Part shown: piece by piece, positions 9,825 to 21,100 of the stretch
How the letters are laid out: every line of letters starts with the position of its first letter
Numbering within the stretch: the first letter of the stretch is position 1
Origin: Candidatus Binatia bacterium
GTDB lineage: Bacteria; Desulfobacterota; Binatia; Bin18
Direction: 5' to 3'
DNA length: 64,000 nucleotides
Assembly: GCA_963666315.2 (NCBI GenBank)
Contig: CAXXHG010000047.1
Location: 100,525 to 164,524, forward strand
Notes under the pieces: generated by a model
What the model saw: the letters and a program-made list of their open reading frames with translations, nothing else
Told to the model about the DNA's origin: nothing
The model's database searches: none
Position numbers and translations under genes: made by a program

Positions 9825-10050
9825 GAACCTGTCTATTGGGTCAGATATGGGAATCTCCCGTATCTGACCTGTCTTCCCGTCGTCCCATCTTTTGATCCCC
9901 GTCGGCAATTCCCACCGCCGTATCAAACGCGTCCGACTAAAACGGAAAGACCCTTGCTTGTGTCCCTTGTCAGCAGGAAAGGAAACAGAGTAAAGGAGAG
10001 AAGGTTTTAGTCCACGAAACCATATAGGAAATCCAGTGACAGGAGGGAGT

Positions 10051-11417
10051 ATGGCCCAAACGACACTTTTTAAAAATGCACGCCTCATCGATGGCCTGGC
10101 CGATCACCCCGCGAAGGAGTTTCCCTCCTAGTCGATGGTGAACGGATTACACAGGTTGAAGACGGCGATCTGCCTACACCGGCAGGTGCGCAAGTCGTCG
10201 ATCTCGGGGGAAAGACGGTGCTACCGGGTTTGATCGACACCCATGTGCATGCCACCTTTATGGACAGCGAATGTCTGCCGCTGTTTCTGGCCGCTGGTGT
10301 GACCAGCGCGCGCGATGTGGGCGGCAAGTTAGAGAAGGTCAAACAGCTCAAAGCTGAGCTGAACAGTGGCCAGAAGCTGGGCCCTCGGCTGTGGATCCTT
10401 GGTCCGTTGCTTGATGGCTCAGAGAGCAGCTTCGACTACAGTGGCCCTTTGGGCGAGATGCTCGACAGCGTGCCTTCCCCTGAAGCCGTACCCCAAAAGA
10501 TTGGCGATCTACTCAAGGAAGGCGTAGACGGGATCAAGTTATACTTCACTATGCCGCCAGAAACGGCCAAGGCCATTATCCGCTTTGTGGACAAACGTGT
10601 GCTCGTCACCGGCCACCTGGGCTATACTCATTCACTTGATGTGATTAACGCTGGAATCGACGGTCTGGAGCATATATGGATCTCTCCGTATAATGAATTT
10701 TGCGCGCTGGAGCGGCAATTTGGTTCTGGGGCTTCCATGATGAATCCTCATTTCTGGACCCAGATCACCCAAGGCTGGGAAGACGCGGACCTCGAAGGAG
10801 AAGGTGCTAAGACGTGGTTTGGCGCCATGGTCGAGAAACAAGTCAATCTGGGCACCACCCTGGATCTGCTGTGGCTGGCGAAATTTGGAGTCGAAGCCGC
10901 TCTGGAAGACCCCGACCGCCAGTATATTCCGCCGATGGCCTTAGCCCGGCAGAGGGCGATGATTGCGCATATGGGCGAGCGGCCGGACTGGGATATATAC
11001 CCTGGCTTTTTCGATCCGGCCCAAGGCGTACGGGCGCTCGAAAAACATCAAGAATCGACCCGCATTTTACATGAAGCCGGTGGTTTGGTCGTGGGCGGGA
11101 CGGACTGTGGTGGGCTGTCCTATCCGCCGCCTGGATTTGCCCTTCTGCATGAGATTGAGCTGCTGGCTGAAGCGATTGGTGCGATGGCTGCGTTCAAGGC
11201 GGTCACCTCTGTTGCCGCGCGCTACCTGCGACAGCAAGATGATATCGGGAGTATTGCGCCCGGCCGGTATGCGGACTTTTTGGTTGTTGATGGGGACCCG
11301 CTGCGTGACGTGCGTGAAATTCGTAATCTCACGACTGTCTACCGGGGTGGGGTAGCACATGAGCCCCACACGCTCTTGGCTCAAGTACCCAAGTCCGACC
11401 TTGTACCGTCCCATTGA
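10051..11417 (+). pseudogene. Amidohydrolase family protein with a 1-bp frameshift at the C4 run 10107-10110
   Basis: RBS+ATG 10051 gives MAQTTLFKNARLIDG; continuation REGVSLLVDGERI...DLGGKTVLPGLIDTHVH is in another frame; GTD and GSIAPGRYADFLVVDGDP at the end; could be a sequencing error. Confidence 0.8.
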
Positions 11418-11556
11418 GAAGGAGTCTTGTAAGAGTCGAGGGAGAGTCTCAGCCACGGCCTATCGGGACAGAGGCGGGCATCTCGCGCATCTGCCCCTGC
11501 GTAGGCAGCCAGCGTAGGCAGGCGCCCCAGCGTATACCGGGGGCTGTCCTTACAAG

Positions 11557-12279
11557 TTATTCTACAAGCGCCGGTTGCCCCTGAGTAGCGTAAATTTGGG
11601 GGTCCAAGCCGACTTTTTCCCCGGCGATCTGCCCTGCCACATAGCCGTTAGAGTCGACTTTGAGAGAGCGTGTCGTCCCCGCCTGTTTACGGATAGAGGT
11701 CCCTTGGTCAGCAAGGAAGGTGTACACCTCGTCACGGTAGGTTTCCCGCACGGCGGGCAGAGTGGTCTCGTGTTGCGCTGGTTGCCTGGCAGTAATGAGT
11801 TCCTGAATCTTGTCGTTAATGGACTGGGCACAGCCATACGCAAAGGAATCCAAGTATCGCCGTCCTTTGCCGTAGTGAGCCTTGCGCAAGCGCTGGACCG
11901 TCTCAATGAGATATGCCAGCATCTCTTTGGCCACTATCACATTGTGTGACCGGCCGATGATAAACGATCGGCCCACAGACAGCGTGGAACAACAAAAATA
12001 GAGCTTACACGTGCCAAACCACAAAAGACGTTCCCACGGTAACAGTCGGCCCGTTTTCCAGCCTTCGACGCGCATTGCCTGGTCGGACTCTACATTTTGC
12101 GCCTCTACCTCGGTTAAGGAGAGGTTGTAGTCAGCTAAGAGCTGATGCACCTTAGCCGCAGCCAGGGCGGCCTCGTGCTCGGTTGCAGCCTCGTCGCGGC
12201 TGAGGGTCAATAATTTTTGGATCTTAGGAATAATGGGAATAACAGGAATTTGGTCCATAGGCAGATTTCTTGCTCCCAC
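11557..12279 (-). CDS. DUF2786 domain protein (typically phage/mobile-element associated)
   Basis: KIQKLLTLS...ATEHEAALAAAKVHQLLADYNLS, SFAYG, GY.AG..AGEKV.L. Confidence 0.8.
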   Translation of the reverse strand: MGARNLPMDQIPVIPIIPKIQKLLTLSRDEAATEHEAALAAAKVHQLLADYNLSLTEVEAQNVESDQAMRVEGWKTGRLLPWERLLWFGTCKLYFCCSTLSVGRSFIIGRSHNVIVAKEMLAYLIETVQRLRKAHYGKGRRYLDSFAYGCAQSINDKIQELITARQPAQHETTLPAVRETYRDEVYTFLADQGTSIRKQAGTTRSLKVDSNGYVAGQIAGEKVGLDPQIYATQGQPALVE

Positions 12280-12339
12280 TCTATGTGACTCTCTGCGAAC
12301 TGACTAGCCCTATCGTATTTTCCTCTCTCTTATGTGATT

Positions 12340-13158
12340 TCAGACACCCAGCTCACCTATCCCCCAGCGAATGCCGCGCCTCAGCAGCTCGTAATAGACG
12401 GGCACATCCCACGAGCAGCGCTCTACGGAACACACGGGCATGAACGGCTGCATGTCGTATTTGCCGCGACAGTGTCCGAGCGTCAGATACAGGACCTCGC
12501 CCGCAGCATAGGGGTGCAGATAGAGCTGTGGCCGGGGTGCATCCTGCCCTAAGTCTTCCCCCAAGTCCTCGCGCACATAGCCCTCGGATTTGGCTGTATA
12601 GCGCGACTCCAGCAGGGTATGGATTTTGCCGTAAAATTCGCAGTAATAAGGCTCATCAATAACGTCGAACGGCTCGACGCCCTGCACCAAGGGATGGGCT
12701 GGATCAGAGACCGTAACGTGTATGGGTTGAATTGGCGGGTGGGACACAAAGTGATTGCCTAGCATGTCCGAGAATGCCGGTGCTTTCTTGGGCGTATCGA
12801 CCTTGCCTGGAATAACAATGCCGTCGGTCTCCAGACTTTCTCCGACAAACTCCAACAACGCGCTCGTTCCGTGTAGGGCAAACCAGCGCTTGCCGCTGGT
12901 GAGGAACTGTTTGAGCCCCTCCTGTTGATCGGGAGTTGGGCACACATCGCAGGTGTAGGTGATGAGGAGCTTGGACTGGTTGATGGCTTCAATAGCCTGG
13001 TAGTCTTCTGCCACGCGGACAACAACATCCTCGTGTTCGGCCAAGAGCTTGAGCAATTCGAGCCGTACAAAATTGGTGTCGTGATATTTGGCGTTGCAAA
13101 TCAGATACACGTCAATCCGATTATTTTCGCGAGTATTTTCGCCATTATGCTCTGCCAT
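12340..13158 (-). CDS. ThuA-like (class I glutamine amidotransferase-like) domain protein
   Basis: G.RWFALHGT, F.SHPPI, HPLV.GV..F.V.DEPY, GEVLYLTLGH. Confidence 0.8.
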   Translation of the reverse strand: MAEHNGENTRENNRIDVYLICNAKYHDTNFVRLELLKLLAEHEDVVVRVAEDYQAIEAINQSKLLITYTCDVCPTPDQQEGLKQFLTSGKRWFALHGTSALLEFVGESLETDGIVIPGKVDTPKKAPAFSDMLGNHFVSHPPIQPIHVTVSDPAHPLVQGVEPFDVIDEPYYCEFYGKIHTLLESRYTAKSEGYVREDLGEDLGQDAPRPQLYLHPYAAGEVLYLTLGHCRGKYDMQPFMPVCSVERCSWDVPVYYELLRRGIRWGIGELGV

Positions 13159-13349
13159 GGTTTCTCCCCCTTATGTGGCTAGTGCAGCCTCAGTCTCATT
13201 ATCCAGTCCGCAGCACAGAAAGATATACCTATTGCCTGCCCCATTGCCTGCATACAGGAAATGGACAGCTCTCATACGTCTTTGCAGCACGGCGTAGGAG
13301 TGCTATGCCGTAATCATCAAAAAGCATTCTCCATACAAGGAGGGGAAAC

Positions 13350-14348
13350 ATGGAAAACGGACACACGATTTGTTTAGGAACCGTTGGCGCGGGGGTATGG
13401 TATAGCTCTGACAGTGGCGAACGCTGGCGACGAAGTCGGATGAATCTGCCGTTTGATGCTGAGCCTGGGGAAGTCCAGATTCGTTCGCTGGTTGTCTCTC
13501 CGCATGACGCCAACGTCGTGTATGCGGGCTCTGAGGTGGGGCTGTATCGGAGCAAGGACAAAGGCGCGATCTGGGACCTGATAGAATCTCCCGCAGACGG
13601 GAAACAAATTTGGTCGCTTGCCGTTCATCCGGATGATCCAGACATAATTCTTGTCGGAACCAAACCGCCGTGCGTATTGCGTACCAAGGACGGCGGCAAG
13701 AACTGGCAAGAATTGCCTATCAATGCTGCTGAGCGCTGCCTTGCCGGAGCGCCCAAGGTCACCAATATCCTTTTTGATCCACGCGACTCCGGCACGATCT
13801 GGGTGAGCGTTGAGATCGACGGTATCCATCGGAGTACAGATGGCGGTGATAGCTGGCAGCGTCTTCCCGCGCTGGGCGAAAACGAGCTGAACCAGGATAT
13901 CCACGGTCTGACGATCAGCCCTGATCCGCACAGAAAAATCATAGCTACCACCCCGGACGGCATTTGGACCAGCACGGACGAAGGGCAGAGCTGGTCGCTG
14001 CACGGTTTCCCGCGTTTCTTCGAGCGGGGCATCTCGTATTGTCGTGGTGTAGCGCTGAAAGCCGATGATTCGGACGTCATGTTTGTGGGCAACGGCGATT
14101 TTATCCCGGGCAAGGTCGGTGCTATCCAGCGTTCGACTGATGGCGGGCAAACGTGGCAGGCCGCTCCTTTACCCGTCGTCCCCAATTCCACCATTTATTG
14201 GTTTGCCACGAATCCGGCGGATCCTGATTTTATTGTGGCCAACAGCCTGCATGGTTATGTCTACACCAGTTATGACGCTGGCGTATCGTGGAATAAATCA
14301 GAACGGGAGTTTGGTGAGGTGCGAGCCTTAGCTTGGACGCCGAATTAA
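13350..14348 (+). CDS. BNR/Asp-box beta-propeller protein (YCF48/sortilin-like)
   Basis: Seven S.D.G..W repeats (SSDSGERW, SKDKGAIW, TKDGGKNW, STDGGDSW, STDEGQSW, STDGGQTW, SYDAGVSW); no signal peptide. Confidence 0.88.
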   Translation: MENGHTICLGTVGAGVWYSSDSGERWRRSRMNLPFDAEPGEVQIRSLVVSPHDANVVYAGSEVGLYRSKDKGAIWDLIESPADGKQIWSLAVHPDDPDIILVGTKPPCVLRTKDGGKNWQELPINAAERCLAGAPKVTNILFDPRDSGTIWVSVEIDGIHRSTDGGDSWQRLPALGENELNQDIHGLTISPDPHRKIIATTPDGIWTSTDEGQSWSLHGFPRFFERGISYCRGVALKADDSDVMFVGNGDFIPGKVGAIQRSTDGGQTWQAAPLPVVPNSTIYWFATNPADPDFIVANSLHGYVYTSYDAGVSWNKSEREFGEVRALAWTPN

Positions 14349-14380
14349 GCTCTCGCCCGCCACAAAAAGTCTACCAAAAT

Positions 14381-14506
14381 CCCTTCTCTCCAGGTAGGAG
14401 AGGGGCAGGGTGGGGGGATAGCAGTTGTATAGGATGCAGCCCATGCACCGTGCTCTCTTAGAAAATCTCTTCTAGGGAGGGGTGGCGCGTAGCGCCGGGG
14501 TGGGTT
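14381..14506. repeat. Degenerate CCC/GGG-type intergenic palindromic repeats
   Basis: CCCTTCTCTCC-AGGTA-GGAGAGGGG-CAGGGTGGGGG and GGGAGGGGTGGCGCGTAGCGCCGGGGTGGG. Confidence 0.55.
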
Positions 14507-14552
14507 GCCCTTCCTTTTCCGAAGGTGAAGGAGACTAAGAAAGGAAAAACCC

Positions 14553-15086
14553 ATGGCCAGAATTCCATACGTCGAAAAAGACACGGCAACCGCAGAGGCA
14601 AAAGAGTTGTACGATAGTTTTGCCCAGCAGTTTAACCTAGACGATGTGCCCAATGTCGTGAAGGCATTGTCAAATAACCCCAAGCTGGCCAAGCGAATTT
14701 TTCCACTCGCCGATTACTTTATGCATCAATCCGCCCTGGATCCCCGGTTGCGCGAGTTAGCCGTGCTCATTCTCATGAAGCGACTCAACTGCAATTACGG
14801 TTTCGTGCGGCACATCTCAATCGCTGAAGGCACGGGGATTTCCCGCGAACAGATCGACACCATTGGTTCGTATCAAACGAGCTCGCTGTTTAATGATGAC
14901 GACAAGTTAATCCTGCGCTACGCTGACGACCTGACCCAGAAGGGCACGGTCGATGACGAGCTATTTCAACAGGTCCAAGACTGCATAGGACAGCAGCATA
15001 TTCTCGATCTCACCGCAGCCACCTCATTCTGGAATATGATGGCCCGCAACCTCAACGCCTTACGGGTTGATTTAGAAGACTGGTAA
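14553..15086 (+). CDS. Carboxymuconolactone decarboxylase/AhpD-like protein
   Basis: MARIPYV, LDPRLRELAVL....L.C.Y...H, ILRYADDLT. Confidence 0.85.
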   Translation: MARIPYVEKDTATAEAKELYDSFAQQFNLDDVPNVVKALSNNPKLAKRIFPLADYFMHQSALDPRLRELAVLILMKRLNCNYGFVRHISIAEGTGISREQIDTIGSYQTSSLFNDDDKLILRYADDLTQKGTVDDELFQQVQDCIGQQHILDLTAATSFWNMMARNLNALRVDLEDW

Positions 15087-15147
15087 GCTTTGCTCAGAGC
15101 CTGTAGGGAGATGAGGTGAGGGTCGTAATGCCGCGAAAAGGGGATCG

Positions 15148-18100
15148 TTAGAGTTTGAGTTGTTTCCTGTCACCACAGGAACCACGGATACGCCCCTGCT
15201 GCTTTTCAAGAAGGCACTTCTCCGACATCTTCATGACTGTTCTTCCGTTCGCCTCGATCCGTCTGACGAGTGAGACTTGGGCGCGCTTCTCTATCTGAGA
15301 GACCGAGACCTCGTCTTGCACTATAACCCGGTACTCCTGCTCACAGGCCAGCCTTTGAAAACCTATTCTGGCGCCGTTATTTACCGCTCCAAGTTCGACT
15401 AAAGTCGCCACGTTTTGACATGGATTTTGGTAGGCTAGGCGGACTTTTCTGACCCAATCTTTGGCCTCTTCAATCGTCACGGTGCTGCTTGCCTCATCCT
15501 GGGCCTTCCCTCTGGCTTGCTCAAAGAATACTGCAGCCTCACGGTATCGAGTTCTTGCAGTTGTATACTGCCGACTATCACGCAGTTGGTTCGCATTTGC
15601 TTGGGCCGATATTCCATCCTGAAATAGTGCTGAAGCATATTGGCGGGCACTAGCTTTTTCGGCTTCTTGTTTCCGTGCCTCTGCCGTGTCCTGGGCGCCT
15701 TGCATCGTCGTTTGGTTTCTCTTACCCGCTTGTTGTTTTGCCCTTGTAGCTGCATCGTTAAAGAAACGGGTTGCTTGGGCATAGTGTTGTCGTGCTTCCA
15801 GATATCGTTGCTCTTGGCTAGATCCGTCGGCTTGGGTCAGGGCATACTGCGCCTTTTGGAGGAGGTCTCGAGCATCGTTTTTTGCACCAGCCTTTTCAGC
15901 TTTTACACGGGCTTGGGCGGCTTGATTTTGTATTGTGTCAACCAGCTTGAGCTGCTGGGTGCGTGCTTGATCTAGCGCTTGTGAAAAGAGATCTTGGGCA
16001 CTCCGATATTGCTCGGTGGCCAGTGCGTACTGTTTGTTGGTACCCAGCCGATTCGCCTCTCGGAGCGCATCCATACCCTGACTCCAGGAGCGTTCTGCAT
16101 ATTGGGGTGCCTCAATCTGTTTGGCTTGCTGCTGAATGTCGCTCACGAAGGCTGCAAGTTCTATGGCCGTGTTGTTCTCTTGCGTTGCTGTAGCGAGCTT
16201 CTGCTCGGTTCGCTTCCGCGCCTCTTCTTCAGCCTTGCCCTGCGCCACCGCCGCTGCCCTAGCCTCTGCCGCTGCTTCGCGTCTAGCTTCCTCTTCTGTT
16301 ACCAGTTGGACCTGTTCCTCGACTTTCCGCTGGGCCGCTACGTCCTCGATTCGCTTTTGCGCTTCTTCTCCTTCGCGCTGGGCTTCCTCCGTTTTCCGTT
16401 GTTCGGCCTGTTGGCGGGCGCCCTCGGTTTGTTGGGCGAGTGTTTTGCTTTGGTCGACCAACGGGGTGGGGACGGGCGGTGGAGGCCGCTTTGCGACCAC
16501 TTGCACTGGTTCGTCTGGAATCGGGCCGGTTTCTGTATCGGGCGGCTCAAGAAATCGAACCAGAATTGTGGCAGCAATAAGAATACTAGCGGCAGCGGCA
16601 AGACGGGGGGCATACTGCTTGAACAGAGCGCCTCTACGGGCCTGCTCGGCAATGCTCAGGGCATCTTTATATGCCCGGATGGCCGCTGAGTACTGGGCGG
16701 TTGCTCGGGAATAGTCCGCGTCAGCCAAGAGCGGTGCGGCTTGCTGGGAGGCTTGCTCACCGTCAGTATAGCGCGCTTGGGCGCTCGGCCACTGAGCGAG
16801 GCCAAATGCCTCCGCCTTTGCCCTGGCTTGCTCTGTCGTAGCCTGGGTCTGGACGGCAGCCCGACGGGCGGCCTCGCGCTCGGCCTGCGTTACCGCTTTG
16901 ACATACAGCTCCGCTGCCTGTGCAAATTGTTCCTTGGCCTCGGTGTATGCTTGTGTGTCAAACTCGGCCTGCGCGCTGCTCAGCGCTCTTGTCGCCTCGC
17001 GCCACGCCGTCTCCGCCAGCCCCTGAGCTTGGGCGTCGCGTGCTGTCTGTTGGCCGGCTAGCGCTGAGGCCTGAGCCTGGAGGGCAGCCTGACGGGCGGC
17101 CTCGCGCTCGGCCTGTGTTACCGCTTCGGCATACAGCTCCGTTGCCTGTGTAAATAGATGCGCCGCCGTGGCGTAGGCTGCAGAAGCAGGGGTCGCCTGC
17201 GCTGCCTGGAAAGTCTCTGATGCTTGGGTAAGACTATCCTCCGCAGCCGTCCAGGCGGTCGGAACAAGTGCCTCAGCGTCACACGCTTGCGCCTTTACCC
17301 TGGCTTTCTCTGCCGCCGTCTGGGCTTGTTCCGTCGCTTGGCGGGCGGCCTCGAGCTCTGCCTGTGTAGCCGCTTTGGCATACAGCTCCGCTGCCTGCGT
17401 CAATAGATGCGCCGCCGTGGTGTAGGCTGCAGAAGCAGGGGTTGCCTGCGCTGCCTGGAAAGTCTCCGTTGCTTGGGTAAGACTATCCTCCGCGGCCGTC
17501 CAGGCCGTCGGAACAAATGCCTCAGCGTCACACGCTTGCGCCTTTGCCCTGGCTTTCTCTGCCGCTGTCTGGGCTTGTTCCGCCGCCCGGCGGGCTGTTT
17601 CCTGTTCCGCCGTCGTCTGGGCCGCCTCGTACTGAGTGGTCGCTGCCGCGAACTGCCCCTGGGCGGTCGTATACCTGGCCGCGTCGTCTTCCTCCCCTGC
17701 ACGCGTAAACGTTGTCGTCGCTGCTCCCAACGCAGCCTCTGCTGCCGTCCAGTCTTCTCTCGCCAGGGGCTCCGCTTGGGCGGCCTGGGCCTGGGCTCGG
17801 GCGTGTGCGGCCGTTTCCAGCGCCGCTGCCGCTAGGTCTTGAGCCGCCTGCACGCAGGCGAGGGTCTCCGCAGCCGCAAAGCATTCCGCGGCCGCCTGAA
17901 ACTGTGTCGCGGCTTCGGTATAATCGTGGGCTTCCCATGCCGCCTGCGCCCGCCCAAGCACGGCTTCTGCTTGCTCCCACTCCGTGGGTGCAAGACCCGC
18001 CGCCTGCGCGCCCGCCGCTTGTCCCTTTGCCCTGTCAGCCTCGCCCTGTGCTGCCTGCGCTGCCGCTCCCTGCGTCCCGCGTGTGGCGATGCTCAGCGCC

Positions 18101-21100
18101 TCTTCATACGCCTGGGTTGCCGCTGCGTACAACGGGCTGGCCTGACGATACTCCGTCCTGTCCCAGTGGTCGGCTGCTTGGCCGTAGGCCGCGTCGCCAG
18201 CCGTCACGCGGGCTTGGGCTTGTGGCCAGGAACGGATATCCGTGGCCTCAGTTCGTTCCTTCGCGCTCTTGGTGGCTTGCTTCGCAGGCTCCGCCTCTCG
18301 GCGGGCTGCTTCCTGGTCAGCGGCTATCCGGGCCGCCTCGTAGAGAGTGGTTGCCGTCTCAAACTGGGCGATTGCGGTCGTACACCCCGCTGCGTCGTGT
18401 TCCTCCTCCGCGCGCTCAAATGTGGCGCTGGCTTCTCCCCACGTCGCTTCCGCGTCGTCCCAGTCGCTCGGTGCTAAGGTGGCTGCGTGCGCCGCTTCGG
18501 CTCCCTCACGGGCAGCCAGCGTCACACGTTGGGCCGTCTCGGCGCTGCGCCGTGCCGCCTCCCCCTCCGCGCTTGCCTGCGCCTCCCCATAGAGTGCGGT
18601 CGCCGCCTGAAACTGCGTCTCCGCTAGCGTATAGTCGTGGGCCTTCCATGCCGTCTGCGCTTGCCCAAACTCTCCTCCCGCGGCTATCCACTCCGCCTGC
18701 GCCAAGGCTACCGCCTGCGCCGCCGCTGCCTGGCCCCTCGCCCGATTAGCCTCGCCCTGTGCTGCCTGCGCTGCCGCTCCCTGCGTCCCGCGTGTGGCGA
18801 TGCTCAGCGCCTCTTCATACGCCTGGGTTGCCGCTGCGTACAACGGGCTGGCCTGAAGATACTCCGCCCTGTCCCAGTGGCCGACGGCTTGCCGGTAGAC
18901 CTCGTCCGCGGCCGTCACGCGGGCTTGGGCTTGTGGCCAGGAGCGGATATCCGTGGTCTCAGTTTGTCCCTTTGCGCTCTGGGCGACTTGCTTCGCTGTC
19001 TCCGCCTCCCGGCGGGCGGTCTCTTGGTCAGCCGCCGTCCGGGCCATCTCGTAGTGAGTGGTTGCCGTCTCAAACTGGGCGATTGCGGTCGTACACCCCG
19101 CTGCGTCGTGTTCCTCCTCCGCGCGCTCAAATGTGGCGCTGGCTTCTCCCCACGTCGCTTCCGCGTCGTCCCAGTCGCTCGGTGCTAAGGTGGCTGCGTG
19201 CGCCGCTTCGGCCTGCGTGTGCGCGTGTTGGGCTGCTCCCTGTGCCGCCTGCGCCGCTTTATGAGCCGCCTGCAGCCGCGCGGCCTCCGCTGCCGTCGCG
19301 AAGAATTCTGCTGCCGCCTGAAACTGCGCCTCCGCTGCGGTATACGTGGCGGCAGCCGGGGTCTCCTCTGCCTCTTGGAAGACGGCCTCGGCTGACTCTG
19401 CCTGCGTGACGGCCTGCTGCCACGCAGGAGCAACGAGTCTTTCCGCGCTGGCCGCCTGTGCCTGCGCGTGGGCGGCGGCGACGGCGTTACGGGCAGTCGC
19501 CGCCGCACTGGCCGCCGCTCTGACGGCCCGTTTCGCTTTCCGCCGCTTATCTTCTTCTAGTGCTTGTTCCTGAAGGGCCCCAAACTCCTGGTTAGCTTGC
19601 GTGTAACAGGGGAGCGCGGCAGTCCAGTCTTGGGCTTCTGCGTGCGCGAGGCCCGTACTGAGCCGTTGCGCCACTTCTGCGAACTCCTGAGCAGAAAATA
19701 TCTTTGCGCCAGCTAACTCTGCCCCTTCTTGAGCGCGCTGCGCGTCTTCGCACGCGACTTGGGCTTTTTCCTTATTGGCTAGAGAGAGCAGTAGCTCAAA
19801 AGCGGAAATAACGGTAGTGTACGCACTCAGCGCTGTTTCATAGTCTTCCTGGTCGAAGGCCTCTTCTGCACGCCGCCACTGCTCTTCCGTAGCGGTTGAC
19901 TCGTTTGGAACGAGGTCCTGGGCTCCCTCCCCTATGACTCGGTCCCGTAGCTGCTGGGCCGCTTCCTGGGGCACCAGATCTAAGGCTTCCCTGAAAGAGG
20001 CCGCCGCTTTCTCATAGCCTAATCCGTCCTGCGCCTGCGTTTGGTGGGCTACCCCGTCGCGGTAGGCCTTTGCAGCACGTGGCCAGTTTTGCACACCCCG
20101 TTTATCCGCTTCTTGTCGAAGCCGTTCGGCCTGCTCGGGGGCGGCCGCAGCCCAGGCCGCTTGGGCTGCCTCTCCAAAAAGTTGCCGGGCTTCTTCGTAA
20201 GCCGTTACGGCCTTCGTATAGGAGCGCGCCGCGATCAGCTGCCCGCCCTCTGCTTCCCGCTCTCCTGCCCGATTCCAGAGGTCGGCTGCCCAGTGTCCCG
20301 CCTCTTTTTCTTCCGCCTGCTGTTTGGCATTCCCTAGCTCCGCTCGGACTGCCAGGGCCTGCTCGAATGCCGGCAACACCTCCCGGCACTGATCAATCGC
20401 TTGCAGCAGGGCCTGCATGTCTGGATAGCGATCATCGGGACGCCAGGTGATCGCTTGTCTCAGCAGATCCTCGAATTCGGGTAAGCCTCCAATGTCGAGA
20501 GTCCGAATGGCCTCGCGGTTTGGGTACGGATGCACCCGCTCGCCCGTATAGAGCTCGGCCATCACCAAGCCGAGGGAATAAATATCGCTCCGGTGGTCAA
20601 GATTTTTCAGACCATTGAATTGCTCTGGAGAGGCATACGCTCCCGTGAACACCATAGTCCCGGTATGGCCGGTGTCACCTTCTTGGACCTTCTTGGCAAT
20701 GCCCAGGTCCATGACTACCACCCGCTCCGTGTCGTCCTCGATCATAATATTGGGCGGTTTGATATCCCGATGGACCAGCTGCTGGCCGTGCATATACGAC
20801 AGTGCGTCGGCGACCTGATCCGCAATATCGAGCACACGGCGAAGGGGGAGTCCTGCAGCGGAAGCCAACGGTTGGGTTGTCTCGGTGAACTTGACCGTTT
20901 CGTCGAGTTGGTTGAGTACTTCCCGCAGCGTTTGGCCTCGGATGTACTCCATCAGGATGTAATTGCAATCCTTCTCCTCGTCGTACTCCGCATCGAAGAC
21001 TTGGACGATGTGATCGTGCTTGCCGAGCTGCGCCATCCTTTGCGCTTCATTCTGGAAGCGCTCAACCATGGCTCCATCTGCCGCAAATTGAGGCGAGAGA

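Noticed and set aside
9822-9840. IS5-like end after a stop codon (TAAGAACCTGTC; similar CAGAGCCTGT near 15095)
   Set aside because: No matching partner inverted repeat or transposase was found.
11455-11540. GCGTAGGCAG direct repeat and GC-rich hairpins
   Set aside because: Too short and degenerate to assign as a REP or terminator.
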